Below are positions 9,050 to 19,866 of a stretch of DNA of 64,000 bases, in pieces. A model generated the notes under the pieces. That model had not been told where the DNA came from and made no database searches. It saw nothing but the letters and a program-made list of their open reading frames with translations. The translations under genes were made by a program, and so were the position numbers. Each line of letters opens with the position of its first letter. Position 1 is the stretch's first letter. The DNA is from Candidatus Poribacteria bacterium. Lineage in GTDB: Bacteria > Poribacteria > WGA-4E > WGA-3G. The stretch lies in the NCBI GenBank assembly GCA_965205015.1, contig OZ242029.1, positions 2,240,001-2,304,000 of the forward strand, in the 5' to 3' direction.

Positions 9050-9079
9050 TTGACAAAATCCCCTAAATTGTAGTATCAT
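9050..9079 (+). promoter_or_regulatory. Putative sigma70 promoter for the membrane protein/secA operon
   Basis: TTGACA-N18-TATCAT. Confidence 0.55.
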
Positions 9080-9118
9080 TAAATACAACAACATGTAAAA
9101 AAACAGAAGAACCCTTTC

Positions 9119-10264
9119 ATGGAAAAACGCTACTTCGATTTCAGGGATATTTTTCAAGTGATCCGCTACGGATTCAGTGGACGAAAGATCGCAGTTCATT
9201 TCATCGGACTCGTTCTTGCATATCTAATTTACCAAACTTTGGTGTATCTCAGTCTCGTCATTGTAGGCGGCACCGCCGCGCAGGACTTTTGGAACAGGTA
9301 TGCCCTCCTACCCCTACCACCCTTCGGTGATGCGGGACTTACACCGACGACTGAAATCGCAATGTGGATAGGGATGGTCAGCTTCGCCTGCATTTTCTTC
9401 TTAGCAAGCACCGTGGCCTCCAAAATCACCATCGAACAACTCCGTGGAGATATCTTCTTTTCAGTTGGGGATGCCTTAACCTTCCTCAGGGGGCATTGGA
9501 AATCCGTTTTCGGCGCGTTCATCGGCTTACTTCTCATCCAGATATTTCTCGCGATCATCCCCCTCAGCATCGCGGGGATCGCGAAGTTACCAGTAGTAGG
9601 AGAGCCGTTCCTCATGCTCACCTCACTGCTCATGCCGCTCGGATTTTTCTTTGGTCTCCTGATGGCGTTGATAGCAATCGTTTTCAGTGTCGGTTTGCTC
9701 TTTGTGCCAGCCGTTGCCGCCACGACAGGTGCCGATACATTTGAAATAATCTATCAGCAATTCGCGATCGTTTGGAACAAACCTTGGCTGTTAATGTGCT
9801 ATGAGGCGATGTTGCTCCTTATCAAATTGATTTTCGTCCCCATTTGGGCGTTCTTTTGCCTCGCAGGCTTTTCGGTTGTGATGCTCCCAACGCGCCTCTT
9901 CCACACCGAAGTGATGCAGCAACTTATGAGCTACGCGAACTTATGGCTGGGTGGTGCTATCGAAAAAATGGCAACACTGCCCTATATTAATAATCTCGGC
10001 GTCTTCAATACCGCGACAAGTGGTCAAATGCCGGCACTGACAGGCATAGCAACGGTTACAACCCCAGTGACCGCTATCTTTCTGACGATCACGCTTCTCA
10101 TGAGTGCGGGGTTGGTAATTGCATACCTGTTTTCGATCGCCTCTGCCGGAAACACGGTAATTTATACGATAGTGCGACAGAGACTCGATGGACAGAATTT
10201 GTTGGAGCCACTCGACTCACAATTAACAGATACGAACGAAGCATCAATGTCAAGTCGATCATGA
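9119..10264 (+). CDS. Multi-pass integral membrane hypothetical protein
   Basis: 381 aa with several hydrophobic helices. Confidence 0.75.
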   Translation: MEKRYFDFRDIFQVIRYGFSGRKIAVHFIGLVLAYLIYQTLVYLSLVIVGGTAAQDFWNRYALLPLPPFGDAGLTPTTEIAMWIGMVSFACIFFLASTVASKITIEQLRGDIFFSVGDALTFLRGHWKSVFGAFIGLLLIQIFLAIIPLSIAGIAKLPVVGEPFLMLTSLLMPLGFFFGLLMALIAIVFSVGLLFVPAVAATTGADTFEIIYQQFAIVWNKPWLLMCYEAMLLLIKLIFVPIWAFFCLAGFSVVMLPTRLFHTEVMQQLMSYANLWLGGAIEKMATLPYINNLGVFNTATSGQMPALTGIATVTTPVTAIFLTITLLMSAGLVIAYLFSIASAGNTVIYTIVRQRLDGQNLLEPLDSQLTDTNEASMSSRS

Positions 10265-10310
10265 CTTCCTTTTTCAACGTGAAAAGTACCAGGGAGCGAT
10301 AGTTAAAAAG

Positions 10311-13103
10311 ATGTTCCAAAAAATGATAACTAAAGTCTTCGGTAGCAAAGAGGATCGCGATGTCAAAAAGTTTCGCGACATCGTCGAAGCCGTCAACCAA
10401 CGCGAGCCTGAAACCCAAAAACTTACTGACGCACAACTGCAATCCAAAACACCGGAGTTTCGCCGCCAGTTGGATGCCGGCGCATCCCTTGATGACCTCT
10501 TGCCAGACGCCTTTGCTGTCGTCCGTGAGGCCGCCGTGCGAACCTTAAAGCAGCGACACTACGATGTCCAGATCATGGGAGGTATCGCACTCCATCAAGG
10601 CAGTATCGCAGAGATGCGCACAGGTGAAGGCAAAACGCTCACCTCAACCCTCGCCGTCTATCTGAACGCTTTGACTGGAAAAGGTGTCCATCTCGCCACC
10701 GTCAATGATTATCTCGCACGCCGGGATGCCGAATGGATGGGCAGGGTCTACAACTTCCTCGGACTCTCCGTTGGATTGACACTCAGCCTAATGCCGAAGG
10801 AAGAAAAAAGGCTCGGCTACAAATCAGACATCACTTACGGCGTTCACAGCGAATTTGGATTCGATTACCTCTGGGACAACAAATCACTCTCAATTGAAGA
10901 TAAAGTACAGCGCGGACATGTCTACGCCATCCTTGACGAGGTTGACAGCATCCTCATTGATGAATCCCGTACGCCCCTCATCATCTCAGAACCCTCCGGT
11001 AAACCGCCGGAACTTTATAGGCAAATTAACAGCGTCGTCGCACAACTCCGAGAGGGTGAACACTTTCAAATCGATCAACAGGGGAAATCACGGGGCAGTG
11101 CAACCCTTACCGATGAAGGCGTTGAAGAGGTCGAACGGCGTCTCGGTGTCGGGAATCTCTATGAACACACGAACATCGCTATGGTGCATCATGTCAATCA
11201 GGCGCTCTCCGCCCACCAGCTCTATAAGCGCGATGTCGATTATCTCGTCGAAAATGGCGAAGTCCTCCTCGTTGATGAATTCACAGGACGAAAACAGATC
11301 GGGAGACGCCTCAGCGAAGGACTCCATCAAGCGATCGAGGCAAAGGAGCGCGTCAAAGTCGTTGAGGAAAGCGAAACAGGGGCTAAAATTACCTACCAAA
11401 ACTACTTCCGCATGTACGACAAACTCGCAGGGATGACGGGTACCGCCGCGACGGAAGCCAACGAATTCGCACACATCTACGGATTAGAGGTCTCCGTTAT
11501 CCCCACCAACGAACCGATGATTCGGATTGACAATCCGGATCAAATTTACAGCACCGAGAACGCAAAATACAACGCCGTCCTGCAAGATATCGTCGAACAA
11601 ACCGAGAAGGGACGTCCAGTCCTTGTCGGCACTGTTTCGATTGAAAGTTCCGAGAAATTGAGCAAAATGCTCAGAACGAAACACCGAAAAATCCGACATC
11701 AGATTCTGAACGCCAAAGAGCACGCACGCGAAGCCGACATCATCGCACAAGCAGGGGTACCGGGGGCTGTGACAATCGCAACGAATATGGCAGGTAGAGG
11801 TGTAGACATTCTCCTTGGCGGTAACCCCGAAGGGATGACGATCGAAACGCTGCGAAAAAAGAAAGCAAAGACAGAAGCACTGTCCCCAGAGTCGGAAGAA
11901 TACCAAGCAGCATTCGCAGAGGCAGAAGCCATTTGCAACAAAAACAAGGAGAAGGTATTAGCCGCTGGCGGACTTCATATCATCGGCACTGAACGCCATG
12001 AGTCTCGACGTATTGATAACCAGCTCCGTGGACGATCAGGGAGGCAGGGGGATCCAGGCTCATCTCGGTTCTACCTCTCCCTTGAAGACGAATTGATGCG
12101 AAAATTCGGATCTGAACGTTTGCAAGGGTTAATGACACGCGTCGGAATAGATGATGATGTCCCGTTAGAGCATCCATGGGTCACCAAATCCATTGAGAAA
12201 GCGCAGACGCGTGTTGAACAGATGTATTTTGAGATCCGAAAGAATCTCCTCAAATTCGATGACGTTATGGATACACAGCGCGACACCATCTACACCTTGC
12301 GTGATACCGTCTTGGCTTCCGCCACAGATGTCGTCGAGTTACCAGGAAACGAAGGTACAACCGAAAGTGGAGGGCTCGCCGCGCTCGCTGAAAAGGATGC
12401 CAAAGTCCCTGCTTCCCTGAAAACGACTATTTGGGAGATGATTGAGCGGGTCGTCGGAGATGCAATCGAGGACAATATGGGAGAAAAGGTGGGAAGTCCC
12501 CTTGAGACCCCTGATCGGTTTCAGCAGTGGTTGACAACCACCTTCCCAATCGAGCCAACATGGAAAACACCCTTGGCGCAAGCGAGTCCGGAGGATGTTC
12601 AGGAACAGACGCTGGAGGCGTTGCGTGCCGCTTATGAGGAACGCGAAGCCGAAATGGGACCCGGGATGATGCGCGTCCTCGAACGGTTACTCCTTTTGGA
12701 TAGAATTGATGATCACTGGAAAGAACACCTCCATAACATCGACTATATTGAAGAAGGTATTCGGTTCGGCGCAGGATATGGAGGCAAGGACCCGATCGTC
12801 GTTTTCAAAAACGAAGCGCTCTCTGTCTTTGAAAGTATGTATCAACAGATTGAGGAACAGGTCAGTGAGTTCATCTTCAAATCTCGCGTCAATACCGAGG
12901 CACCGCGCAGGGTCCCGAGTCGGCGAACCGGTAGACAGCGTAGACCCCAACCAAGGGCACCCCAAAACAGGGGGGCAGCCGCGACCCCTAATGATGCCGA
13001 ATTTGCTTCACAACAGGCAATGGGGAACGTGCCGAAGGTCGGTAGAAACGCGCCATGTCCTTGCGGAAGCGGCAAGAAATATAAGAGATGCCACGGTGGT
13101 TAG
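10311..13103 (+). CDS. secA: Preprotein translocase subunit SecA
   Basis: [52 protein letters not shown]-terminal SEC-C ([13 protein letters not shown]). Confidence 0.99.
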   Translation: MFQKMITKVFGSKEDRDVKKFRDIVEAVNQREPETQKLTDAQLQSKTPEFRRQLDAGASLDDLLPDAFAVVREAAVRTLKQRHYDVQIMGGIALHQGSIAEMRTGEGKTLTSTLAVYLNALTGKGVHLATVNDYLARRDAEWMGRVYNFLGLSVGLTLSLMPKEEKRLGYKSDITYGVHSEFGFDYLWDNKSLSIEDKVQRGHVYAILDEVDSILIDESRTPLIISEPSGKPPELYRQINSVVAQLREGEHFQIDQQGKSRGSATLTDEGVEEVERRLGVGNLYEHTNIAMVHHVNQALSAHQLYKRDVDYLVENGEVLLVDEFTGRKQIGRRLSEGLHQAIEAKERVKVVEESETGAKITYQNYFRMYDKLAGMTGTAATEANEFAHIYGLEVSVIPTNEPMIRIDNPDQIYSTENAKYNAVLQDIVEQTEKGRPVLVGTVSIESSEKLSKMLRTKHRKIRHQILNAKEHAREADIIAQAGVPGAVTIATNMAGRGVDILLGGNPEGMTIETLRKKKAKTEALSPESEEYQAAFAEAEAICNKNKEKVLAAGGLHIIGTERHESRRIDNQLRGRSGRQGDPGSSRFYLSLEDELMRKFGSERLQGLMTRVGIDDDVPLEHPWVTKSIEKAQTRVEQMYFEIRKNLLKFDDVMDTQRDTIYTLRDTVLASATDVVELPGNEGTTESGGLAALAEKDAKVPASLKTTIWEMIERVVGDAIEDNMGEKVGSPLETPDRFQQWLTTTFPIEPTWKTPLAQASPEDVQEQTLEALRAAYEEREAEMGPGMMRVLERLLLLDRIDDHWKEHLHNIDYIEEGIRFGAGYGGKDPIVVFKNEALSVFESMYQQIEEQVSEFIFKSRVNTEAPRRVPSRRTGRQRRPQPRAPQNRGAAATPNDAEFASQQAMGNVPKVGRNAPCPCGSGKKYKRCHGG

Positions 13104-13254
13104 TAGTTTTCGGTTCGGATTTTTTTCAAAAAATCCTTTCAGTTCTCAGTTGTCAGTTACAACAAGAGGCGTATTTTTGCTTGGGTGTTTCCTCTCGGAT
13201 TATCGCGGTTCCCTCTTTTAAGTGATAACTGACAGTTATAAAAGGAGAATCGCT

Positions 13255-13461
13255 TTGAATTCGGAAAACGCATATACACTTTCAAAAACGCTATTGGACA
13301 TTCTCGCATGTCCAGCATGCAAAGGTCCGATAGAACACGATGCAGCAGCACAGAAACTCGTATGTGTCGGTGAATGTCACCGTCGCTATCCGATCCGGGA
13401 AGGCATCCCAGTCATGCTGATTGATGAAGCGGAATTGCCCGACGAAAAACTCGGCGAATGA
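13255..13461 (+). CDS. Trm112/UPF0434 family protein
   Basis: LLDILACPACKG...YPIREGIPVMLIDEA; AAGGAG RBS before TTG. Confidence 0.9.
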   Translation: MNSENAYTLSKTLLDILACPACKGPIEHDAAAQKLVCVGECHRRYPIREGIPVMLIDEAELPDEKLGE

Positions 13462-13482
13462 AGATGTCCGATAGTTTAAAAA

Positions 13483-14709
13483 ATGAAAATTCTATTCTTA
13501 AGCCTCCGGTGTCCGTATCCACCGCATCGAGGCGATCGGATCCGGTCTTACAATTTTATTAAGCAACTTTCGAAACAACATGCCGTCACTCTCGTTTACT
13601 TTGCAGAATCTGAAAGCGATATCGAATCCGCGAAATATTTAGAACCTTTTTGTAAACAGGTAGAATGGGTCCCTTTTCATCGTTCTTTCGCCTTCATGAA
13701 TACAGGGCTCCACTGCTTATCGCGTCGTCCGCTTCAGTTGCATTACTGGTATGCCCCCCAGATGCAACGGAAGATTAACCAACTCCTCGAACAGGAGGAC
13801 TTTGAACTGATTCACGCCCAACTTTTTCGGATGGGACAATACGTGACGGAAGTGCAGGGTCCCACCAAAGTCTTAGATTTGTGTGATTCATTGGCACTAA
13901 ATCTCAGTCGCCGTGCCGAATTGGAAAGCAACCCGTGGCTTGCGAAAATTAAATTAGATTGCACTCCGAAGCGTTTTTTGGTAAAATTAGAAGAAAAGCG
14001 GGTCCGGCGTTACGAAGTCAACATTATGAAGGCTTTTGACTGCGGCACCGTTGTCGCACGTTTTGATCAGGAGTATCTCCTGAAGCAGGACAGCAGTCTA
14101 AATCTGTCGGTAGTGCCAATGGGGGTCGATCTCGGATACTTTCAACCGAAGCCGACAACACAATCCGCACCTTTGCTGCTCTTTACCGGGACAATGAACT
14201 ATTTTCCGAATTCGGATGCTGCGATCTATTTTTGTAATGAAATTTTTCCAAGTATCCGGGAAAGTCATCCGAACGCGCAGTTTTATATAGTAGGCAATCA
14301 TCCATCGGATCAGGTAAAGCGGCTTGAGGCACAGGACGGTGTAGTCGTCACGGGTTATGTCCCAGATGTCCGTCCGTATTTTCAAAAGGCATCTGTTTTT
14401 GTTGCCCCTTTACGTGCGGGGTCAGGCATACAGACAAAGAATCTGGAGGCAATGGCGATGGGGGTACCCGTCGTCACAACCTCTGTCGGTGCAATGGGGT
14501 TGGAGGCAGATATCGGCAAGGAATTGCTCGTTGCGGATACACCTGCCGACTTCGCGAAACAGGTCGTTCATTTACTGAATAATGAGCATTCGCGGGAGAC
14601 GCTCGCACAAACCGCCAGAACTCGTGTTGAGACCAATTATAGTTGGGAAGCCATCGGCGAACGCTTAGAGCATGTCTATACACAGGCAGTTCGTACACAG
14701 AAATTTTAA
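13483..14709 (+). CDS. Glycosyltransferase family 4
   Basis: PYPPHRGDRIR, FTGTMNYFPN, GSGIQTKNLEAMAMGVPVV. Confidence 0.9.
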   Translation: MKILFLSLRCPYPPHRGDRIRSYNFIKQLSKQHAVTLVYFAESESDIESAKYLEPFCKQVEWVPFHRSFAFMNTGLHCLSRRPLQLHYWYAPQMQRKINQLLEQEDFELIHAQLFRMGQYVTEVQGPTKVLDLCDSLALNLSRRAELESNPWLAKIKLDCTPKRFLVKLEEKRVRRYEVNIMKAFDCGTVVARFDQEYLLKQDSSLNLSVVPMGVDLGYFQPKPTTQSAPLLLFTGTMNYFPNSDAAIYFCNEIFPSIRESHPNAQFYIVGNHPSDQVKRLEAQDGVVVTGYVPDVRPYFQKASVFVAPLRAGSGIQTKNLEAMAMGVPVVTTSVGAMGLEADIGKELLVADTPADFAKQVVHLLNNEHSRETLAQTARTRVETNYSWEAIGERLEHVYTQAVRTQKF

Positions 14710-14766
14710 TTTTACCTTTTGCTTTATTTAACGCCTTGCGAGTCATTAAAAAATTGAGGAGGGAAT

Positions 14767-16803
14767 ATGGATAAACCGAAAATAAAATGGAGTTTTACAA
14801 TTGTTGTTGATGTGCTTCTTGTCAACCTGGCATTTCTATTCGCTTATTTGACCAGTAGGCAACTCGGAAACTTTGATTTTTTACAACAAGCCACGGTCCT
14901 CTCCACCCTACTGCAGCGTGCTGATCTATCTCCCTTCCAGCCACAGCATGTTATCGGATTCGGTGTCGCTGCTGCTGTCACGATAGTCCGTATCGGTTTA
15001 CTACTGGCTTTCAATCTCTACAAACCGATATGGCAATATGCCGCTGCGAAGGAATTTCGCACATTAGCAACGGCGATTATCGTCGCAACTGTAGGACTCA
15101 TCGGAATTTCCATGCTCCTGAAAATCGCTTGGGTCCTCTTCTTAATCGATGGATTTTATAACTTCGCACTCATCGGGTTTACCAAATTTTCTGCCCAAAT
15201 CTTTCAACGGGATAAAGAGGCGATACATAGGAGATCCCAAAAAAATAAGGGAGCGATGGGACTACACCCTGGATCGCAATCGTCTATGCAGAAACTGCCA
15301 ACAAAAGTCCTGATTGTTGGCGCAGGTGAAACAGGTATCGGTGTACTTCGCGCCCTGAGAAACCATCCTGAAAAAGGCTACGTACCCGTCGGCTTTATTG
15401 ACGACGCACCCCACAAAGTGGACAGAAGCGTCGCAGGGCTTGAGGTATTGGGTACGACGCGCGACCTAACCTATATTGCGCGCAAGCGCGAGATTGATGA
15501 GGTCGTCATTGCTATCCCCTCAGCACCAGGCGGTAAAATTCGTGATATTATCCGGCAGTGCGAATACCGGGGGTGCCAGTTTAAAATCGTCCCAAACATT
15601 CATGCGATTCTTGAAGGACGAGCCAGCGTCAGTCAGATTCGAGAAGTCCGATTTGAGGATCTTCTGAACCGGTCGACCACGCAAATGGACCTCGCGGAAG
15701 TCTCTAAATATCTCTCAGGAAAACGCGTGATGGTAACAGGCGCGGGGGGCTCAATCGGGTCTGAACTCTGTCGTCAAGTGGCAAAACTGGACCCCGAACT
15801 CCTTATCCTCTTCGGGCGCGGTGAAAATAGTCTCTATCATACAGATATAGAACTCCGAGAATCCGAACCGCATCTCAATCGCGCTTTAGTTATCGGCGAC
15901 ATTCGAGACAATGCTAAAGTTTCACAGGTCACGCGCAAATATCGCCCCGATATTATTTTCCACGCTGCTGCACACAAGCATGTTAAATTCATGGAGAACC
16001 ATCCCGATGAAGCCGTCAAAAACAACATACTTGGCACGCAAAACCTCATCAATGCCGCAATCGAACATGAGGTAGAGGCTTTCATACTCGTTTCATCGGA
16101 TAAAGCCGTAAATCCAACGAGCGTTTACGGGGCATCCAAACGTGTGACAGAGAAATTGGTGCAATGCAAAGCAAAGCAGAACCGCACTCGATTTATCGCA
16201 GTCCGCTTCGGGAACGTTATCGGAAGTCGGGCAAGTGTAATTCCGAATTTCAAACGGCAGATCGCGAAGGGGGGACCCGTCACCGTCACACATCGCGAGG
16301 CGACACGCTACTTCATGACTATCCCAGAAGCAGTACAACTCCTCATCCAAGCGGGAGCTATGGGGAACGACGGCGAGATTCTCATGTTAGACATGGGGGA
16401 CCCCATTAAAATTCTTGACCTCGCCCAAGACCTCATCCGCCTTTCTGGGCTTGAAGTCGACACGGACATCAAAATTGAATTTACGGGTTTAGAACCGGGG
16501 GAAAAATTGTACGAGGAACTCCTGACCCCTCAAGAAGGCGTTACAGCAACAAAACACCAACGCATTTTCGTCGCACAGTTGGAGCAGATAAAGGAACGCC
16601 AACTCCTTTCTCAGATAGAGGAACTCTCACAACTTGCAGACGCCTTGGATTCGGAAGGCATTGTTTCTAAATTCCAGGAGTTGGTCCCAACCTACCAACC
16701 CAAACGCGCCTTCTTGACAGAAAGCGATGAAGAGAGCGCGTTCGAGATTATCCAGTTTCCTACGGAAACGGAAAGGGAAACCGTCAGAGCAAACCGCCGT
16801 TAG
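14767..16803 (+). CDS. CapD/PglF-like nucleoside-diphosphate sugar dehydratase
   Basis: N-terminal TMs, GAGETG, TGAGGSIGSELCRQ, HAAAHKHV, SSDKAVNPTSVYGASK, VRFGNV, GEKLYEEL. Confidence 0.95.
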   Translation: MDKPKIKWSFTIVVDVLLVNLAFLFAYLTSRQLGNFDFLQQATVLSTLLQRADLSPFQPQHVIGFGVAAAVTIVRIGLLLAFNLYKPIWQYAAAKEFRTLATAIIVATVGLIGISMLLKIAWVLFLIDGFYNFALIGFTKFSAQIFQRDKEAIHRRSQKNKGAMGLHPGSQSSMQKLPTKVLIVGAGETGIGVLRALRNHPEKGYVPVGFIDDAPHKVDRSVAGLEVLGTTRDLTYIARKREIDEVVIAIPSAPGGKIRDIIRQCEYRGCQFKIVPNIHAILEGRASVSQIREVRFEDLLNRSTTQMDLAEVSKYLSGKRVMVTGAGGSIGSELCRQVAKLDPELLILFGRGENSLYHTDIELRESEPHLNRALVIGDIRDNAKVSQVTRKYRPDIIFHAAAHKHVKFMENHPDEAVKNNILGTQNLINAAIEHEVEAFILVSSDKAVNPTSVYGASKRVTEKLVQCKAKQNRTRFIAVRFGNVIGSRASVIPNFKRQIAKGGPVTVTHREATRYFMTIPEAVQLLIQAGAMGNDGEILMLDMGDPIKILDLAQDLIRLSGLEVDTDIKIEFTGLEPGEKLYEELLTPQEGVTATKHQRIFVAQLEQIKERQLLSQIEELSQLADALDSEGIVSKFQELVPTYQPKRAFLTESDEESAFEIIQFPTETERETVRANRR

Positions 16804-17022
16804 TTTTTACACTATTAAATCTGGGCGCATCGCTCCCTTCCCCATTAACGGACGGGGATCCCGGGGTCTGGCGAAGTACGCGATGGTTCCAACGAGCCTG
16901 CCCTGTGTGAATTGCACCAGGAGCCTGCTCTGAAACGTGAAATAAAAAACGCGCAGCCCCGATTCAACCCTGTAGGGGCGGTATGTTTATAGGGAATCCC
17001 AATCTGGAACAAGAGCAATTGT

Positions 17023-17688
17023 ATGGATCATACGAAGCGTTTAGGGGTAGACTCTCAGGATGTTATAAAGTTCAATCGCGACTGGGCAAAACGGACGTTC
17101 GATGTCCTATTCGCGGCAATTGGACTCCTGCTTTTATCTCCCCTGTTTTGCCTTGGGATCCTGCTCGCAAAATTGCAATCAAAAGGACCGGTATTTTACA
17201 AAGCAAAACGTGTTGGTAGGGGCGAAATCATCTTTGAAATGTATAAATTCAGGACGATGGTGGTAAATGCCGATAAGATCGGTAGTAGCTTGACAACCTA
17301 TAGGGATAAACGGGTTACACCTATCGGTAGATTCTTGCGATGGACGAAGTTGGACGAACTGCCAAACTTAATCAATGTTATCAAAGGTGAAATGAGTCTC
17401 ATTGGACCACGTCCGGAGGCACCCGATTACGTCAAATACTACACACAGGCACAGAAACAGGTCCTACAAGTGAAGCCGGGGATGACGGGTCCCTCACAAC
17501 TCGCGAACCGCGATGAAGAGGAGAAACTTAAAGGGCACCTCGATGCAGAGCATTACTACATAACAGAGTTGATGCCAAAAAAACTTGCGTTGGATCTCCA
17601 CTATGTTGCGACACAGAGCATCGCTACCGATATGGGATGGTTGCTAAAAACCTTTTGGGTGGTCATTTTCGCGCCATTAAAAAAATGA
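17023..17688 (+). CDS. Bacterial sugar transferase (priming phosphoglycosyltransferase)
   Basis: KRTFD, YKFRTM, LDELP, GEMSLIGPRPE, KPGMTG. Confidence 0.93.
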   Translation: MDHTKRLGVDSQDVIKFNRDWAKRTFDVLFAAIGLLLLSPLFCLGILLAKLQSKGPVFYKAKRVGRGEIIFEMYKFRTMVVNADKIGSSLTTYRDKRVTPIGRFLRWTKLDELPNLINVIKGEMSLIGPRPEAPDYVKYYTQAQKQVLQVKPGMTGPSQLANRDEEEKLKGHLDAEHYYITELMPKKLALDLHYVATQSIATDMGWLLKTFWVVIFAPLKK

Positions 17689-18551
17689 AAAAAAGACGCG
17701 TTTATATTATCTTAGGAAGTATCATTGGACTGTTCTTCTTGCTGCTGATTTTACGGTCAATAGGCAGCAACGTATCAATCGGAGAGAAGGTCGCAGTCGT
17801 AGACATTAGGGGTGTTATCTCAGGATCAGATGAGACGATTAAACTAATTCACACCTACCGCGATGATCCAAGTATCAAAGCGATTGTCGTTAGAATCGAC
17901 TCCCCCGGCGGCAGTGTCGCCCCGGTCCAAGAGATTTACAGTGAATTGAAGAAGGTAGAGAAACCGATAGTCGCTTCAATGGGGGGGAGTGCAGCATCTG
18001 GCGGTTATTACGTCGCGTGTGCCGCCGACACAATTTTCGCAAACCCTGGCACCTTGACAGGTAGCATCGGCGTTATCATGCAATTCACGCAACTAAAAGG
18101 GTTGTATGACAAAGTGGGGTTAGGGCATCGGGTTATTAAGAGCGGCGACTTTAAAGATACAGGGTCACCTTTCCGTGATTTGACGGAGCAGGAACGGACA
18201 GTTCTCCAATCCACCGTAGACGATGTTTACAATCAATTTGTGGATACAATCTTCGAGGCACGAGGGAATTTATTAACGCGTGCCGAAATTGTCGAACTCG
18301 CAGATGGACGGATTTACTCTGGAAGACAGGCATTGGATTCAAAGTTGCTGGACCAACTCGGGAATCTCCCTGATGCAATTAAAACCGCCGGAGCGTTAGC
18401 GGGTATTGAAGGCAAACCCAAGGTCGTACGTAAGGAGAAAAAGACGTCACTCCTCGAACAACTCGCTGGCGTTAAACAGATATCCCCTTTGAATGAAATG
18501 TTCAGTCCTCCCGGTGTCACTTTTCGTTATGAAATGCACCTTGGCAAATAG
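17685..18551 (+). CDS. sppA: Signal peptide peptidase SppA (short type)
   Basis: RIDSPGG, AASGGYY, TGSIGV, KSGDFKD, ADGRIYSG. Confidence 0.93.
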   Translation: MKKRRVYIILGSIIGLFFLLLILRSIGSNVSIGEKVAVVDIRGVISGSDETIKLIHTYRDDPSIKAIVVRIDSPGGSVAPVQEIYSELKKVEKPIVASMGGSAASGGYYVACAADTIFANPGTLTGSIGVIMQFTQLKGLYDKVGLGHRVIKSGDFKDTGSPFRDLTEQERTVLQSTVDDVYNQFVDTIFEARGNLLTRAEIVELADGRIYSGRQALDSKLLDQLGNLPDAIKTAGALAGIEGKPKVVRKEKKTSLLEQLAGVKQISPLNEMFSPPGVTFRYEMHLGK

Positions 18552-18660
18552 CCGTCAGTGAATAGGATCTACAAAAGACTGTTGTGATTATCAGATTTAT
18601 CCTAATGATCGAAGATCTCATCATGGTAAATCACATAAATCATAAAAATCTTGATCAAAA

Positions 18661-19830
18661 ATGGATGACACGTATCAAGTTAACCAAAACTGGGAAAAAC
18701 TTGCGAGTCGAATTGTCAAACCCCAACAGGTTGTACTTGTGATAGGGTCAACCGATGTTGGAAAATCGACCTTCTGCCGTTTTTTGGTCGATTCTGCCAT
18801 TCATCGGGGTCTGAAAACCGTTTTTGTGGATACAGATGTCGGGCAATCTCAAATCGGGCCTCCCACCACAATTGGTATGCGATCCTTTGATCCAGAAAGT
18901 TCCCCCGTCCAATTCAATGGTATTGCTGATCAGTTATATTTTGTCGGTGATTTGTCGCCACGGGGGCACTGTCTTGAAGTGCTAACAGGGACGCGATTGA
19001 TGGTAGATCGAGCGCGTGAAACCGAGGCGGATTTCATTGTCGTCGATACGAGTGGTTACATTCACGACGCACCCGCTGTTAAGCTCAAACAGCACAAGAT
19101 CGAACTCATCAGGCCTAACCACGTGGTATGCATCGGTCGTTCCAGCGAATTGGAACAGATAACCGCATGCTACGGTCAACAGGACTGGCTCAATATTCAT
19201 TACCTTCTTCCACACCAAAATGTTCGATCTAAGAGTAGCAAGGCGCGTCGCCAATACCGAAAAGCCCAATTTAATGCCTATTTTGGCGAAGCTTGCGGGT
19301 TTCCAAAACTTGCTGTTAGAAGTGGCGAGATTTGTAGGACGCCCACGTCTGGTGTTGAAAGTGACGAAGTTTGCGGGTCTCCAGAACCTGTTCTGCAAAA
19401 GTCCGAAAATAGCATCCAAGATCTACCGTTTGAACAGATTCGCGGGGAGCGCACCCCTTTCTTTATCGGACGCATCGCAAATGAGAAAGAATTGGAAATC
19501 CTCTCTCGACTCGCCGAGACGCAAATTGATTACGCCGAATGGGGGCATCGTACCTTGTGCCTCATTGCGTCAAAACCGCTTTCCAAAGCAACCACCACCT
19601 ACATCAAAAACTATTTAAGTTTGACGCGCGTCACAACAGGCGTCCGCGCATATTTTGAACGCCGTTTGATTGGCTTAATCGACACTACCGGTAATACCTA
19701 CGCCATTGGGATCATTGAAGCCGTTGATTTCCAAAAGCGAGAATTCAGTATCCGTTGTCCATTTTCAGAGGAAGGCGATATTACGAAGCAGGCATGTGTC
19801 ATCCAATTTGGTAGTTACCAATTGAGATGA
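18661..19830 (+). CDS. Clp1/Grc3-family polynucleotide 5'-hydroxyl kinase
   Basis: Walker A GSTDVGKS, DTDVGQSQIGPP, YFVG..SP.G, VDTSG, clasp RRQYR. Confidence 0.85.
   Translation: MDDTYQVNQNWEKLASRIVKPQQVVLVIGSTDVGKSTFCRFLVDSAIHRGLKTVFVDTDVGQSQIGPPTTIGMRSFDPESSPVQFNGIADQLYFVGDLSPRGHCLEVLTGTRLMVDRARETEADFIVVDTSGYIHDAPAVKLKQHKIELIRPNHVVCIGRSSELEQITACYGQQDWLNIHYLLPHQNVRSKSSKARRQYRKAQFNAYFGEACGFPKLAVRSGEICRTPTSGVESDEVCGSPEPVLQKSENSIQDLPFEQIRGERTPFFIGRIANEKELEILSRLAETQIDYAEWGHRTLCLIASKPLSKATTTYIKNYLSLTRVTTGVRAYFERRLIGLIDTTGNTYAIGIIEAVDFQKREFSIRCPFSEEGDITKQACVIQFGSYQLR
19285..19401 (+). repeat. Three degenerate 39-bp in-frame tandem repeats inside the Clp1 gene
   Basis: GEACGFPKLAVRS / GEICRTPTSGVES / DEVCGSPEPVLQK starting at 19285, 19324, 19363. 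Confidence 0.7.
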
Positions 19831-19866
19831 AGCAAATCCGTTGGGTGGACCTGTGGTTCGAACCTA

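Noticed and set aside
16821-16960. Cobalamin riboswitch, tmRNA or SRP RNA identity for the structured segment
   Set aside because: Only short partial matches (GGTGCAATTC, GCCAGACC, GGGGCTG); core conserved boxes are missing
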